A stretch of DNA of 64,000 nucleotides from Eledone cirrhosa (GCA_964016885.1 OZ024744.1:50406001-50470000), one strand, 5' to 3'. Shown: positions 49,501 through 62,849, numbered from the stretch's first letter. The notes: generated by a model from the sequence alone, not told the origin. Numbers and translations: made by a program.

Positions 49501-52500
49501 CATATTAGTGCTATCTTTTGTATGGTGTATATATATGTAAGTCCTGTTGTACTCTATATAATATATATACCATGCCTAATAATGCTATCTTTTGTATGCT
49601 GTATGTGTTTGAAAGTCCTGTTGTTCTCTATATAATGTAAATACAGTGCATAGTAGTGCTACCTTTTGTATGCTGTATATATTTCTAAGTCGTGTTGTAC
49701 TCTATTATATATATACAGTACCTAGTAATGCTCTCTTTTGTATGCTGTATATATTTGTAAGTCCTTTTGTACTCTATATAATATATATACAGTACCTAGT
49801 AGTGCTATCTTTTTTATGTTGTATATATTTGTAAGTCCTATTGTACTCTATATAATATATATACAGTACCTGGTAGTGTTACCTTTTGTATACTGTATAT
49901 ATTTGTACGCCCTGTGGTACTCTATATAATATATACACCATGCTTAATAATGCTAAGTTTTGTATGCTGTATATATTTGTAAGTCCTGTTGTACTCTATA
50001 TAATATATAAAACATGACTAGTAATGCTATATTTTGTATGCTGTATATATTTGTAAGTCCTGTTATTCTCTATATAATGTATATATACAATACCTAGTAG
50101 TGTTAACTTTTGTATGCTGTATATATTTGTAAGTCCTGTTGTACTCTATATAATATATATAGAGTGCCTAGTAATGCTATCTTTTGTATGCTGTATATAT
50201 TTGTAAGTCCTCTGTACTATATATAATATACAGTACCTAGTAGAGTTATCTTTGTTATAATGTATATATTTGTAAGTCCTGTTGTACTCTATATAATGTA
50301 AATCCAGTACCTAGTAGTGCTTTCTTTTGTATGTTGTATATAATTGTAACTCCTGTGTTCTTTTTGTAATATATATACAGTACCTAGTAGTGCTATCTTT
50401 TGTATGCTGTATATATTTGTAAGTCCTCTGTACTATATATAATATACAGTACGTAGTAGTGTTATCTTTGTTATAATGTATATATTTGTAAGTCCTGTTC
50501 TACTCTATATAATATATATACAGTACCTAGTAGTGCTATCTTTTGTATAGTGTATATATTTGTAAGTCCTGTGGTACTCTATACAATATATATACAATGC
50601 TTAATAATTGTTTCTACTTTTGGCACAAGGCCAGCAATTACCAGTGTATTACTGGTACTTTATTTTATCAATCCCATAAGGATGTAAAGCAAAGTTAACC
50701 TCGTCAGGAAATGCCTAATGATGCTATTTTTTGTATGGTGTATATATTTGTAAGTCCTGTTGTACTCTATATAATATATATACAGTACCTAGTAGTGCTA
50801 TCTTTTGTATGCTGTATATATTTGTAATTCCTGTGGTACTCTATATAATATATATACAGTACCTAGTAGTGCTATCTTTTGTATAGTGTATATATTTGTA
50901 AGTCCTGTTGTACTCTATATAATGTGTATACAGTGCATAGTAGTGCTATCTTTTGTATAGTGTATATATTTGTAAGTCCTGTGGTACTCTATATAATATA
51001 TATACAGTACCTAGTAGTACTACGTTTTGTATGATGTATATATTTGTATGTCCTATTGTACTCTATATAATGTGTATACAGTGCATAGTAGTGCTATCTT
51101 TTGTATGGTGTATATATTCGTAAGTCCTGTTATTCTCTATATTATATATATACAGTCCCTAGTAGTGCTACCTTTTATTTCTGTATATATTTTTAATTCC
51201 TGTTGTACTCTATATAATATATATACAATGCCTAATAATTGTTTCTACTTTTGTCACAAAGCCAGCAATTACCCAGTGTATTACTGGTACTTTATTTTAT
51301 CAACCCCATAAGGATGAAAGGCAAAGTTAACATCAGCGAGAAATGCCTAATAATGCTATCTTTTCTATGCTATATATATTTGTAAGTCCTGTTGTACTCT
51401 ATAAAATATATATACAGTACCTAGTAGTGCTATGTTTTGTATGCTGTATATATTTGTAAGTCTTTTGTTCTCTATATAATGTATATACAGTGCCTAGTAG
51501 TGCTATCTTTTGTATGCTGTATATATTTGTAAGTCCTGTTGTACTCCGTATAATATATATATAGGACTTAGTAGTGTTACCTTTTGTATACTGTATAAAT
51601 TTGTAAATCCTGTGATACTCTATATAATATATATACAGTACCTAGTAGTGCTATCTTTTGCATGCTGTATATATTTGTAAGTCCTGTTGTACTCTATATA
51701 ATATATATACAGTACCGATCGGTACTACCTTTTGTATGCTGTATATATTTGTAAGTCCTGTTGTACTGTACATAATATATATTCAGTGCCTTGTAGTGCT
51801 ATCTTTTGTATGGTGTGTATATTTGTAAGTCCTTTTGTATTCTATATAATATATATACAGTACGCAGTAATGTTACCTTTTGTATGCTGTATATATTTGT
51901 AAATCCTGTGGTACTCTATATAATATATATACAGTACCTAGTAGTGCTACCTTTTGTATGCTGTATATATTTGTAAGTCCTGTTGTACTCTATATAATAT
52001 ATATACAGTGCTTAGTAGTGCTATCTTTTGTATGCTGTATATATTTGTAAGTCTTGTTGTACTCTATATAATATATACACAGTACCTAGTAGTGTTATCT
52101 TTTGTATGCTGTATATATTCGTAAGTCCTGTTGTATGTTATATAATATATATACAGTGCCTAATAATGCTATCTTTTGTATGGTGCATATATTTGTAAGT
52201 CCTGTTGTACTCTATATAATATATATACAGTACCTAGTAGTGTTACGTGTTGTATGCTGTATATATTTGTAAGTCATGTTGTACTTTATATAATATATAT
52301 ACAGTACTTAGTAGTGCTATCTTTTGTATGCTGTATATATTTGTAAGTCCTGTTGTACTCTATATAATGTATATATTGTGCATAGTATTGCTATCTTTTG
52401 TACAGTGTATATATTTGTATGTCCTGTTATTCTCTATATCATATATATACAGTACCTAGTAGTGCTATCTTTTGTATGCTGTATATATTTGTAATTCTTG

Positions 52501-55500
52501 TTGTACTCTATATAATATATATACAATGCCTAATAATTGTTTCTACTTTTGTCACAAAGCCAGCAATTACCCAGTGTATTACTGGTACTTTATTTTATCA
52601 ACACCATAAGGATGAAAGGCAAAGTTAACCTCTGTGGGAAATGCCTAATAATGCTGTGGGAAATGCCTAATAATGCCTAATAATGTTTGGTGTATATATT
52701 TGTAAGTCCTGTTGTACTCTATATAATGTATATATAGTACCTAGTAGTGCTATCTTTTGTATGCTGTATATATGTGTAAGTCCTGTTGTTCTCTATATAA
52801 TGTATATACAGTGCCTAGTAGTGCTATCTTTTGTATGCTGTATATATGTTTAAGTCCTGTTGTACTCTATATAATGTATATACAGTGCCTAATCTTTTGT
52901 ATGTATATATTTGTAAGTCCTGTTGTTCTCTATATAATGTATATACAGTGTATAGTAGTTCTATCTTTTGTATGGTGTATATATTTGTAAGTCCTGTTGT
53001 ACTCTATATAATATATATACAGTGCCTAATAATTCTATCTTTTGTATGCTGCATATATTTGTAAGGCCTGTTCTACTCTACATAATATATATACAGTACC
53101 TAGTTGTGCTACCTTTTGTCGGCTGTATATATTTGTAGGTCATGTTGTACTCTATATAATATATATACAGTACCAATCGGTACTACCTTTTGTATGCTGT
53201 ATATATTTGTAAGTCCCATTGTACTGTACATAATATATATAGTGTATATATTCAGTGCCTTGTATGGTGTGTATATTTGTAAGTCCTTTTGTATTCTATA
53301 TAATATATATACAGTACGCAGTAATGTTACCTTTTGTATGCTGTATATATTTGTAAATCCTGTGGTACTCTATATAATATATATACAGTACCTAGTAGTG
53401 CTACCTTTTGTATGCTGTATATATTTGTAAGTCCTATGTTACTCTATATCATATATATACATTACCTACTAATGCTATCTTTTCTATACTGTATATATTT
53501 ATAAGTCCTGTTGTACTCTATATGATATATATACAATACCTGGTAGAGTTATATTTTGTATGTTGTATATATTTGTAAGTCCTGTTGTACTTTATAAAAT
53601 ATATATACAGTACCTAGTAGTGCTATCTTTTATATAGTGTATATATTTGTAAGTCCTGTGGTACTCTATATAATATATATATACAGTACCTCGTAGTGTT
53701 ATCTTTTGTATGCTGTATATATTTGTAAATCCTGTGGTACTCTATATAATATATATACAATAGCTAGTAGAGCTACCTTTTGTAGGCCGTATATATTTGT
53801 AAGTCCTGTTGTACTCTATATATTATATATACAGTACCTAGTAGTGCTATCTTTTGTATGGTGTATATATTTTTAAGTCCTGTTGTACTCCATATAATAT
53901 ATATACAGTACCTAGTAGTGTTACCTTTTGTATACTGTATATATTTGTAAATCCTATGATACTCTATATAATATATATACAGTACCTAGTAATGCTATGT
54001 TTTTATATGCTGTATATATTTGTAAGTCCTGTGGTACTCTATATAATATATATACAGTACCTATTGGTACTACCTTTTGTATGCTGTATATATTTGTAAG
54101 TCCTGTTGTACTGTACATAATATATATACAGTGCCTAATAGTGCTATCTTTTGTATGGTGTGTATATTTGTAAGTCCTGTTGTATTCTATATAATATATA
54201 TACACTGCGTAGTAATGTTACCTTTGTATGTTGTATATATTTGTAAGTCTTGTGGTACTCTATATAATATATATACAGTACCTAGTAGTGCTACGTTTTG
54301 TATGATGTATATATTTGTATGTCCTGTTGTACTCTATATAATGTATATAAAGTGCATAGTAGTGCTATATTTTGTATGGTGTATATATTTGTAAGTCTTG
54401 TTGTACTCTATATAATATATACACAGTACCTAGTAGTGTTATCTTTTGTATGCTGTATATATTTATAAGTCCTGTTGTATGCTATATAATATATATACAG
54501 TGCCTAATAATGCTATCTTTTGTATGGTGTATATAGTTGTAAGTCCTGTTGTACTCTATATCGTATATATATACAGTACCTAGTAGTGCTACCTTTTGTA
54601 TGCTGCATATATTTGTAAGTCCGATGTTAATCTATATCATCTATATACAGTACATAGTAATGCTATCTTTTGTATGCTGTATATATTTGTAAGTCCTTTT
54701 GTACTCTATATAATGTATATACAGTACATCGTAGGGTTATTTTTGTATGCTGTATATATTTGTAAGTCCTGTTGTACTGTATATAATGTATATAAAGTGC
54801 CTAGTAGTGCTATCTTTTTGTATGGTGTATATATTTGTAAGTCTTGTTGTACTCTATATAATATATACACGGTACCTAGTAGTGTTATCTTTTGTATGCT
54901 GTATATATTTGTATGTCCTGTTGTACTCTATATAATATATATCGAGTACCTAGTAGTGCTACGTTTTGTATGGTGTATATATTTGTAAGTCCTGTTATTC
55001 TCTATATAATATATATATACAGTCCCTAGTAGTGCTGCCTTTTGTATGCTGTATATATTTGTAATTCCTGTTGTACCCTATATAATATATATACAATGCC
55101 TAATAATTATTTCTTCTTTTGTCACAAAGCCAGCAATTACCCAGTGTATTACTGGTACTTTATTTTATTAACCCCATAAGGATGAAAGGCAAAGTTAACC
55201 TCGGCGGGAAATGCCTAATAATGCTATCTTTTGTATGCTGTATATATTTGTAAGTCCTGTTGTACTCTATAAAATATATATACTGTACCTAGTAGTGCTA
55301 TGTTTTGTATGCTGTATATATTTGTAAGCCCTCTTTATTCTCTATATAATGTATATACAGTGCCTAGTAGTGTTATCTTTTGTATGCTGTATATATTTGT
55401 ATGTCCTGTTGTACTCTATATAATATATATACATTACCTTGTAGTGCTGGCTTTTGTATGCTATATATATTTGTAAGTCCTGTTGTACTCTATATAATAT

Positions 55501-57093
55501 ATATACACTACCTAGTAGTGTTACCTTTTGCATGCTGTATATATTCGTAAGTCCTGTTGTACTCTATATAATATATATACAATGCTTAATAATTGTTTCT
55601 ACTTTTGTCACAAAGCCAGCAATTACCCAGTGTATTACTGTTACTTTATTTTATCAACCCCATAAGGATGAAAGGCAAAGTTAACCTCAGCGGGAAATGC
55701 CTAATAATGCTATTTTTTGTATGGTGTATATATTTGTAAGTCCTGTTGTACTCTATATAATATATATACAGTACCTAGTAGTGCTATCTTTTGTATGGTG
55801 TATATATGTGTAAGTTCTGTTGTACTCTATATAATATATATACAGTACCTAGTAGTGCTGCCTTTTGTATACTGTATATATTTGTAAATCCTGTGATACT
55901 CTATATAATATATATACAGTACCTTGTAGTGCTATCTTTTGTATGCTGTATATATTTGTAAGTCCTGTTGTACTCTATATAATGTATATACAGTGCGTAG
56001 TAGTGCTATCTTTTGTATGGTGTATATATTCGTAAGTCCTGTTGTACTGTATATAATATATATACAGTACCTAGTAGTGCTACCTTTTGTATGCTGTATA
56101 TATTTGAAAGTCCTGTGATACTTTATATAATATATATACAGTACCTAGTAGTGCTAACTTTTGTATGCTGTATATATTTGTAAGTCCTGTGGTACTCTAT
56201 ATAATATATATACTGTACCTAGTAGTGCTATCTTTTGTATGCTGTATATATTTGTAAGACCTGTTGTACTCTATATCATATATATACTGTACCTAGTAGT
56301 GCTACGTTTTGTATGCTGTATATATTTATAAGCCCTGTTGTACTCTCTATAATGTATATACAGTGCATAGTAGTGCTATCTTTTGTATGGTGTATATATT
56401 TGTAAGACCTGTTGTACTCTATATAATATATATACAGTGCCTAATAATGCTATCTTTTGTATGCTGTATATATTTGTAAGTCCTGTTCTACTCTATATAA
56501 TGTATATATACAGTACCTATTAGTTTTATCTTTGTTATGCTGTATATATTTGTAAGTCCTGTTGTTTTCTATATAATATATATACTATACCTAGTAGTGT
56601 TATCTTTTGTATGCTGTATATATTTGTAAGTCCAGTTGTACTTTATATTATATATATAGAGTACCTTGTAGTGTTACCGTTTGTATGGTGTATATATTTG
56701 TAAGTTCTGTTGTACTCTATATAATATATATACAGTGCCTAATAATCGTTTCTACTTTAGGCACAAAGCCAGCAATAACGCAGTGCATTACTGGTACTTT
56801 ATTTTATCAACCCCGTAAGGATGAAAGGCAAAATCAACCTCGGCGGGATTTGTACTCAGATCGTAAGTCCTGTTGTACTCTATATAATATATGTACAGTA
56901 CCTAGTAGTGCTACCTTTTGTATGTTTTATATATTTGTAAGTCCTGTGATAGTCTATATAATATATATATACAGTACCTAGTAGTGCTACCTTTTGTATG
57001 CTGTATATATTTGTAAGTCCTGTTGTACTCTATATAATATATATACAGTACCTAGTAGTGCTACCTTTTGTATGCTGCATATATTTGTAAGTC
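46597..57093. repeat. 74-bp tandem satellite (~130-140 units)
   Basis: Consensus CAGTACCTAGTAGTGCTATCTTTTGTATGCTGTATATATTTGTAAGTCCTGTTGTACTCTATATAATATATATA; period 74 measured between 55769 and 55843. Confidence 0.98.
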
Positions 57094-58002
57094 TTGGGGT
57101 TTGGTTATGTATTTGTCTGGGTTCTTTTTATCATTCCCTGAGCACCAATTATTATAGGTATTGTTTCTGTTTTCATCTAAGTTATTTCTATCTCTATATC
57201 TTTATATTTGGAGATTTTCTCTATTTCCTTGGAAGATATATTGTCGTCTGTGGGGATAGAGATATATATTAGAAGGCAGTTTTTCTTTGCAGTCTTTGAC
57301 CATAATATCTGGTCGGTTGGCCTTGATCTCCCTGTTTATATTGGCATATCCCAGAGAATGGTTGCTTTGTCATTCTCTGACACTTTTTCTGGTGTGTGTT
57401 TGTACCATCTTTTTGTTTTTGTTGGTATTTCATAATGCTGGCATAATTTCCAGTGTATGAAGGTGCCTGTGGATATATCCCTAGTGCTGGGCATCCAGAG
57501 ACTATGTGGTTGATAGTTTCCTCCCTATCTCCACATATTCTACAGTTACTTATAGTGCTTTGTTTCATAATGTACTTCCTTTCCATTTAGCTTTTTGGGG
57601 TATTGGCCATGTAAGGATTTCTCTTGCCATCGTTTTAACATGGTATTCTGGGTGTCAGTTTTCCATTTAAATTTTATGTCTTTCACAATTTCTGATGTTT
57701 TTTTTTTTTGTTTTGTTTTTTTCCCTTTTCTTCACAATTATCTGTTAGTCCAGTTTCTGATTTGAATTTTTCGTGCTTCTTTGAAAATCGAGAACGGTTT
57801 TTGTTTTATTCATGTTTCGTGGCTATTTGTATTAGCTTTCCTTTGTTTTTTATTAGGTATTTTTGTAGTCCTACTGTAGTTATTTTATAAGAGTTTTCTA
57901 TTTGCATAAGGCCCCTTTCTCCTTGTGTTCTTGGTAGATATAATCTTTCTAAGTCTGATTTTGGATGGTGTATTCTAAATGCGGTCATTATTTTTCTTGT
58001 TT

Positions 58003-58186
58003 GGCGGTGGATTGGCAGTATCGGTAGAGGGTCGGACACCATGCTTTCCAGCATAGTTATGTCCCTTTACGATCTGAGTTCAAATCCCGCCGAGGTTAAC
58101 TTTGCCTTTCATCCTTACGGGGTTGATAAAATAAAGTACCAGTAATGCACTGGGTAATTGCTGGCCTTGTGCCTAAAGTAGAAACA
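58003..58186 (+). mobile_element. Full-length MetaSINE-like tRNA SINE
   Basis: A-box-like TGGCAGTATCGG, B-box GAGTTCAAATCCC; 16-bp TSD ATTATTTTTCTTGTTT (57987-58002, 58187-58202). Confidence 0.92.
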
Positions 58187-59689
58187 ATTATTTTTCTTGT
58201 TTTTTTATCTATTCCAGCTAGTTCTTTTAGTGTCCAGTTCAAAATGTTAAAGCTGTAGCTCATTACTGGGATTGCTAAAGTGTTGATGCCAATCACCTTA
58301 TTCTTTGAATTTAGTTCAGTTTTGAGTATTAACCTAATTCTTCGCTAATCTTTTTTTCATCTGGGTGTGTTGAATCTTATCTAGTTCGTTGATTCCTAAG
58401 TATTTGTTTGATCTAGTTCTCTTATTTCTGTTTCTTTATCTAACATGATATTATTGCTTTTCACTAGTTTCCCTCTCGTCAGAGTTGCTTTGACACATTT
58501 TTCTAATCCAAATTCATACCTATTTATTTTGTGAATCTGTGTACAGTTTGGAGCAGTGTTTGGAGTTGTTTTTCATTTGTAACATACAGCTTTAGATCAT
58601 CTATATATAGATGATTCATTTTCCCATTGTAGCATTTATACCCTAGCCCAGTTCTGTTTAGTGTTTCAGATAGGTGTTAATACTAGGCAGAAAAGCAGTG
58701 GTGATGAGGAGTCTCCTTGAAATATGCCTCTGTTGATTGGAATAAGCTCTGTTTTTATTGTTTTATCCCTTGTTTGTATCAGCAGAATTGTTTATCATTT
58801 ACTCATGGCATGTTTCATAAATGTTGTTATTTTTGCTGATATTTTATCCATGGCTAGTGTATTGAGTATCCATGTATGGGGAACACTGACAAATGCTTTT
58901 TGGTAATCAATCCATGCCATGCTGAGGAGGGGGAGGGGCATTTTTCAGTTATGGCTTCATTTATTAACAACTGGTCTTTGTATCCATATGAGCCTCTGCA
59001 GCATCCTTTCTGTTCTTCTGGGAACAGGTTGTTTTTTTCCAGGTTTGGTTATTTTCTCTGATAGTATTGAAGTTAATGCTTCGATGGTAGTAGGCAAGCA
59101 AGTTATGGGTCTGTAATTTTGGGGCTTTGCTGTGTCATTATTTGGGGGAATCAGGGTCGTTTTCCCCTTAGTGAGAAAGTCAGGTTTTTTTTCTGGTTCT
59201 ATGAGAATTTCGTTAAATTTCTTTGCAAGCATGTGTCCCTGTTAGATATTTTAACCAGGAGTTAGGGATCTTGTCATGTCCTGGTACCTTCCAGTTGCTT
59301 ACCCCTTTCAGTGTGATAGACACACCATCTGCTATAATATCCTCCCATAGTTGTTCGTCTGCTATGTTTGCTGTTCTTGCTAGCTTTGTGCATGGTAATT
59401 TCTTTTCCCCTTCTGTTCATATTCTTCTCCAGAACTCTTCCAATTCTTTTTACTGTTGGGTCTACAATAACTTCTATTTTGTTTCTATTAAGTTTCCGGT
59501 AGAGTCGTTTCGGATTGGAGTGAAACAGCTGATATTGTTGAAAAAACTTTTGGCACTTTTCATATCTTTGGATTCTTTGTGCCTTTACCAGTATTTATTG
59601 TTTTAGGCTTTTCTTATTGTTTGGGATTTCCCTTTCTGTTATATTGTATTTTTTTCCCTATTCTTTAGTTTTATTATCATTATTGTTTT

Positions 59690-59780
59690 ATTTTACACAA
59701 AAAACCTACACTGTGTCATCCTGTACCATCTTTAATGTTTCCTTCATGTGATCACTGCATGGCTAATAAAGAATTTATTG
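59690..59780 (+). mobile_element. Remnant Tx1 3' terminus
   Basis: CCTGTACCATCTTTAATGTTT..GGCTAATAAAGAATTTATT resembles the tails at 40260-40330 and 36200-36280. Confidence 0.6.
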
Positions 59781-59869
59781 TTTGTATGTGGTGGATTTCT
59801 TGTGGATTTGATCCAATAATTTTGTTATTTTTACCTGTTTAATACATTTGTTTTGATATAATTTTTGTA

Positions 59870-61310
59870 GCAAAGGGACATAAGGCCTTTTTTCCCTCAG
59901 AATTTAAAATTCAAATATTTGAATTTTATATTCTAAATGTTTGGTGACGATGGCTTCAGTACTGTTGGCATTGATCTGTTCAAGGACTGCAAGGTTTGAT
60001 GCTCATAATTGATCAAAATGTCTGTTGCAATTGTTCTTGCTTTCAGATATCCTGGCAGTACAAGGTTCATATTTCACAATTATAAAGTTGGAAACAACCA
60101 TGGCTGGATACACCATGTGCTTTGTTTGTAGTTTCAGGAAAAACACATTAGAAGGGTTTTCCAAGTGACATGGGCAGCTCAGATCCTGTTTCCGATGTCT
60201 TTTTGATGGTTTCATTGAGTGGAGAGGATGCTACCGAGGTATTAGAACTGGTCTAATTGTTCCAGTGGTGTATTGGAGATGGTGATGTTGAAATCTGGAA
60301 GGGTTGAGTTTGGAGCAGGTTGTGCAAGTATTTTTGTCCTACCGATGTTGATTGTCAGACCAAAGTGATCATATGCATTTTTGAAGTTGATAACTGATTC
60401 CTACATTTATTCAGATGATTGAGCTGATGAGCATTGCAGTCCGCATATTGTAGTTCAGTGATACAAACTTGTTGGTCTGTCTTTATGATCAGAGTCAGAG
60501 CAGATTGTAGTGCTCACCATTGAAGTGGTACTTGATCATTACACCAGAGTTGGTAAGTAGAATTGAGAAGTCTTCTGATATATTTGTTTGGACATGTAAC
60601 CCATCCTACTATGTTGCCTTGGAGTGCCTGGATAAGAACCACAAAACAATCAGGGCCACCAAATCATAGAAGTCAAGCAAGAAAAGTTGTTTTTTATGTT
60701 TTTTTTTTTTTTATTAATCTCTGTATTTTTCCTGCACAGAAAATCATGTTAATTGTTCCTCTGGAGACTCAAAATCCACACTGAGATTCTGGTAACACTT
60801 TCTCTGAGAAGACTAGAAGACAGTTGAGCAGTATTCTGGCAACACTTTCTCTGAGAAGACTAGAAGACAGTTGAGCAATATTCTGGTAACACTTTCTCTG
60901 AGAAAACCAGGAGACAGTTGAGCAGTATTTTGGCAACACTTTCTCTGGGAAGACCAAGAGACAATTGAGCAGTATTCTAGCAATGCTTTCTATGAGAAGA
61001 CCAGGAGACGTTTGAGCAGTATTCTGGCAACACTTTCAATGAGAAGACGAGGAGACAATTGAGCAGTATTCTGGCAAAAATGCACCCTAAGATAGAGTGG
61101 AGGGATATGCCACAGTAGTTTCCACAAATGCTGTGAACTCCTTTCTTAAAGATTGTAATAATAAGGGCATTCTTTAGCTCTGCAGATACTATTTGAGTTC
61201 CCCATATTCTTAGGATGAGATTGTATAGTTTTATTCTTAAAGACTGACTACCATTTTGGATGAACTCCAAGAGGATGTTGTCTGGACCATGTAGTTTTTT
61301 GGGTTTATGA
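59870..61310 (-). mobile_element. BovB-like RTE LINE, decayed
   Basis: GPDNI, TIFKKG, GISLHSILG.IFARILLN, PESQCGF. Confidence 0.75.
60786..61077. repeat. 47-bp minisatellite (~6 copies) inside the RTE RT coding region
   Basis: Unit ATTCTGGCAACACTTTCTCTGAGAAGACTAGAAGACAGTTGAGCAGT at 60786, 60833, 60880, 60927, 60974, 61021. Confidence 0.95.
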
Positions 61311-61699
61311 AGACAAAATATAACCCATATTAACTCATTCATATGTTGTACTTGAAAAATCAAAAGTAAGTAAAAAATATTGTTTTATTTTCAACTATTA
61401 TGTTTTAATAATACATAACACATCAGGTCATATAACTATGCTTAACTTTCTTCTTTGTTTCTTTTGTGTTCTGTACCATGTATGGCTCTTCTCTTTCCTT
61501 TTCATATTTTTTCCCTCTCTTCACTTCATTTATTTATTTAAAAATAAATCTCTGGACACACCTTTAGCTGCTAACACAATCAGTGCCTATGGTTCATCTC
61601 AAATTTTCACTCCTATCCCTATTCATCATCATAGCCCCTTAGACCAATCAAACAACAGCAGCACAAATATGTTGTAACTCTTAACTCATTGTCTATCAC

Positions 61700-61723
61700 A
61701 ATAATAACTACTACTACTACTAT

Positions 61724-61773
<50 letters not shown>

Positions 61774-61818
61774 TTGGTGCTGCTGCTACTACTGTTGCTA
61801 CTACTGCTGCTGCTGCTG

Positions 61819-61892
<74 letters not shown>

Positions 61893-61926
61893 ACTACTAC
61901 TACTACTACTGCTGCTGCTGCTACTA
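61700..61926. repeat. Compound (ACT)n/(GCT)n microsatellite
   Basis: Direct reading of the sequence. Confidence 0.97.
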
Positions 61927-62109
61927 ACCATTGTATGGGCCTGATTGTTGTTTTGTGTGGTAAATAGACTACAAAGTTGGAGCATTCCAGATGACCATGC
62001 TCACTTCTTTATTTCAGTCATGGAAAACCCAAAACCAACACTAATTCATCTCTCACTCCCCTCCCCAAGTTTTCATCTTCTTTCTCTTACTCTTACAGTG
62101 AACTCCATA

Positions 62110-62815
62110 ACTTCAGATCTGACACCATCAACATAGGCATGATGAAAGGAACACCAAGAAAGATTGTGGAGATGCTAGAATGAAAGAAAATTGATGTGTG
62201 TTGTGCACAAAAGACTAACTAAATGGAGAGAAATGTCAGCCAGAGTCCTTGTGGGCAAAAATCGATGCTACAAATTTTTCTTGGTGGGCAATGAGAATGG
62301 GTTGAGTGGAGTAGGTATTATGTTAGCAGAAAAAATAGGTAGATAAAGGTAATTGCTGTAAATACATTGATCAACAAAATAATTAAACTAGCCCTAAATA
62401 GAACAACTGTAATAATTCTATCTGCATATGCACCACAATCTTGACTGTCAGATGAACTAAAAGACAGGTTTATTAATCCCTAATGCACACTACTTCGCTA
62501 TTAAGCGATGGTGTCTTCATAATTATTGCAGGTGATTTTAACAGGCATGTTGGGCAACACTGAGACGGCTTCTACGGAGTCCACAGAGGTTTTCAGTTTG
62601 GTGTGAGAATGAGGAAGGTTTCAGGCTCCTGGAATTCTGTGACACTTATGATCTAACTATCTTAAAAAATAGACAATCACTTGATCACATATAGATCACA
62701 TGAGCATGCCAACCAGAAAGATTTTATCCAAACCAGAGGACAAGATAGAGTGACAGTTGTAAATACAAAGTCTCTATCTAGTAAGGAATGTACCTTCCAA
62801 CACAACCTAGTAGTT
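62110..62815 (+). mobile_element. Decayed RTE endonuclease region
   Basis: IVEMLE, LSAYAPQS, IAGDFNRHVG, LLEFCD, HLITYRS. Confidence 0.85.
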
Positions 62816-62849
62816 CATGCATGGGGTCCCATGTGCTGGCCTCCCCACA

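Larger units (their letters stand above)
46490..59640 (-). mobile_element. R4/Dong family C, decayed, split by a 10.5-kb internal satellite
   Basis: 57094-59640: NYRPITCL, RLYLPRTQGERGL, CRICGDREETINHIVSGC, EKISKYKDIEIE. 46490-46600: KVLSIQ* plus 3' UTR and (TAA)n. Confidence 0.88.

Noticed and set aside
46597-57093. CRISPR-like array or repeat-protein gene
   Set aside because: There are no unique spacers and no cas genes, and the context is eukaryotic. The 74-bp period breaks frame, so the short ORFs are artefacts.
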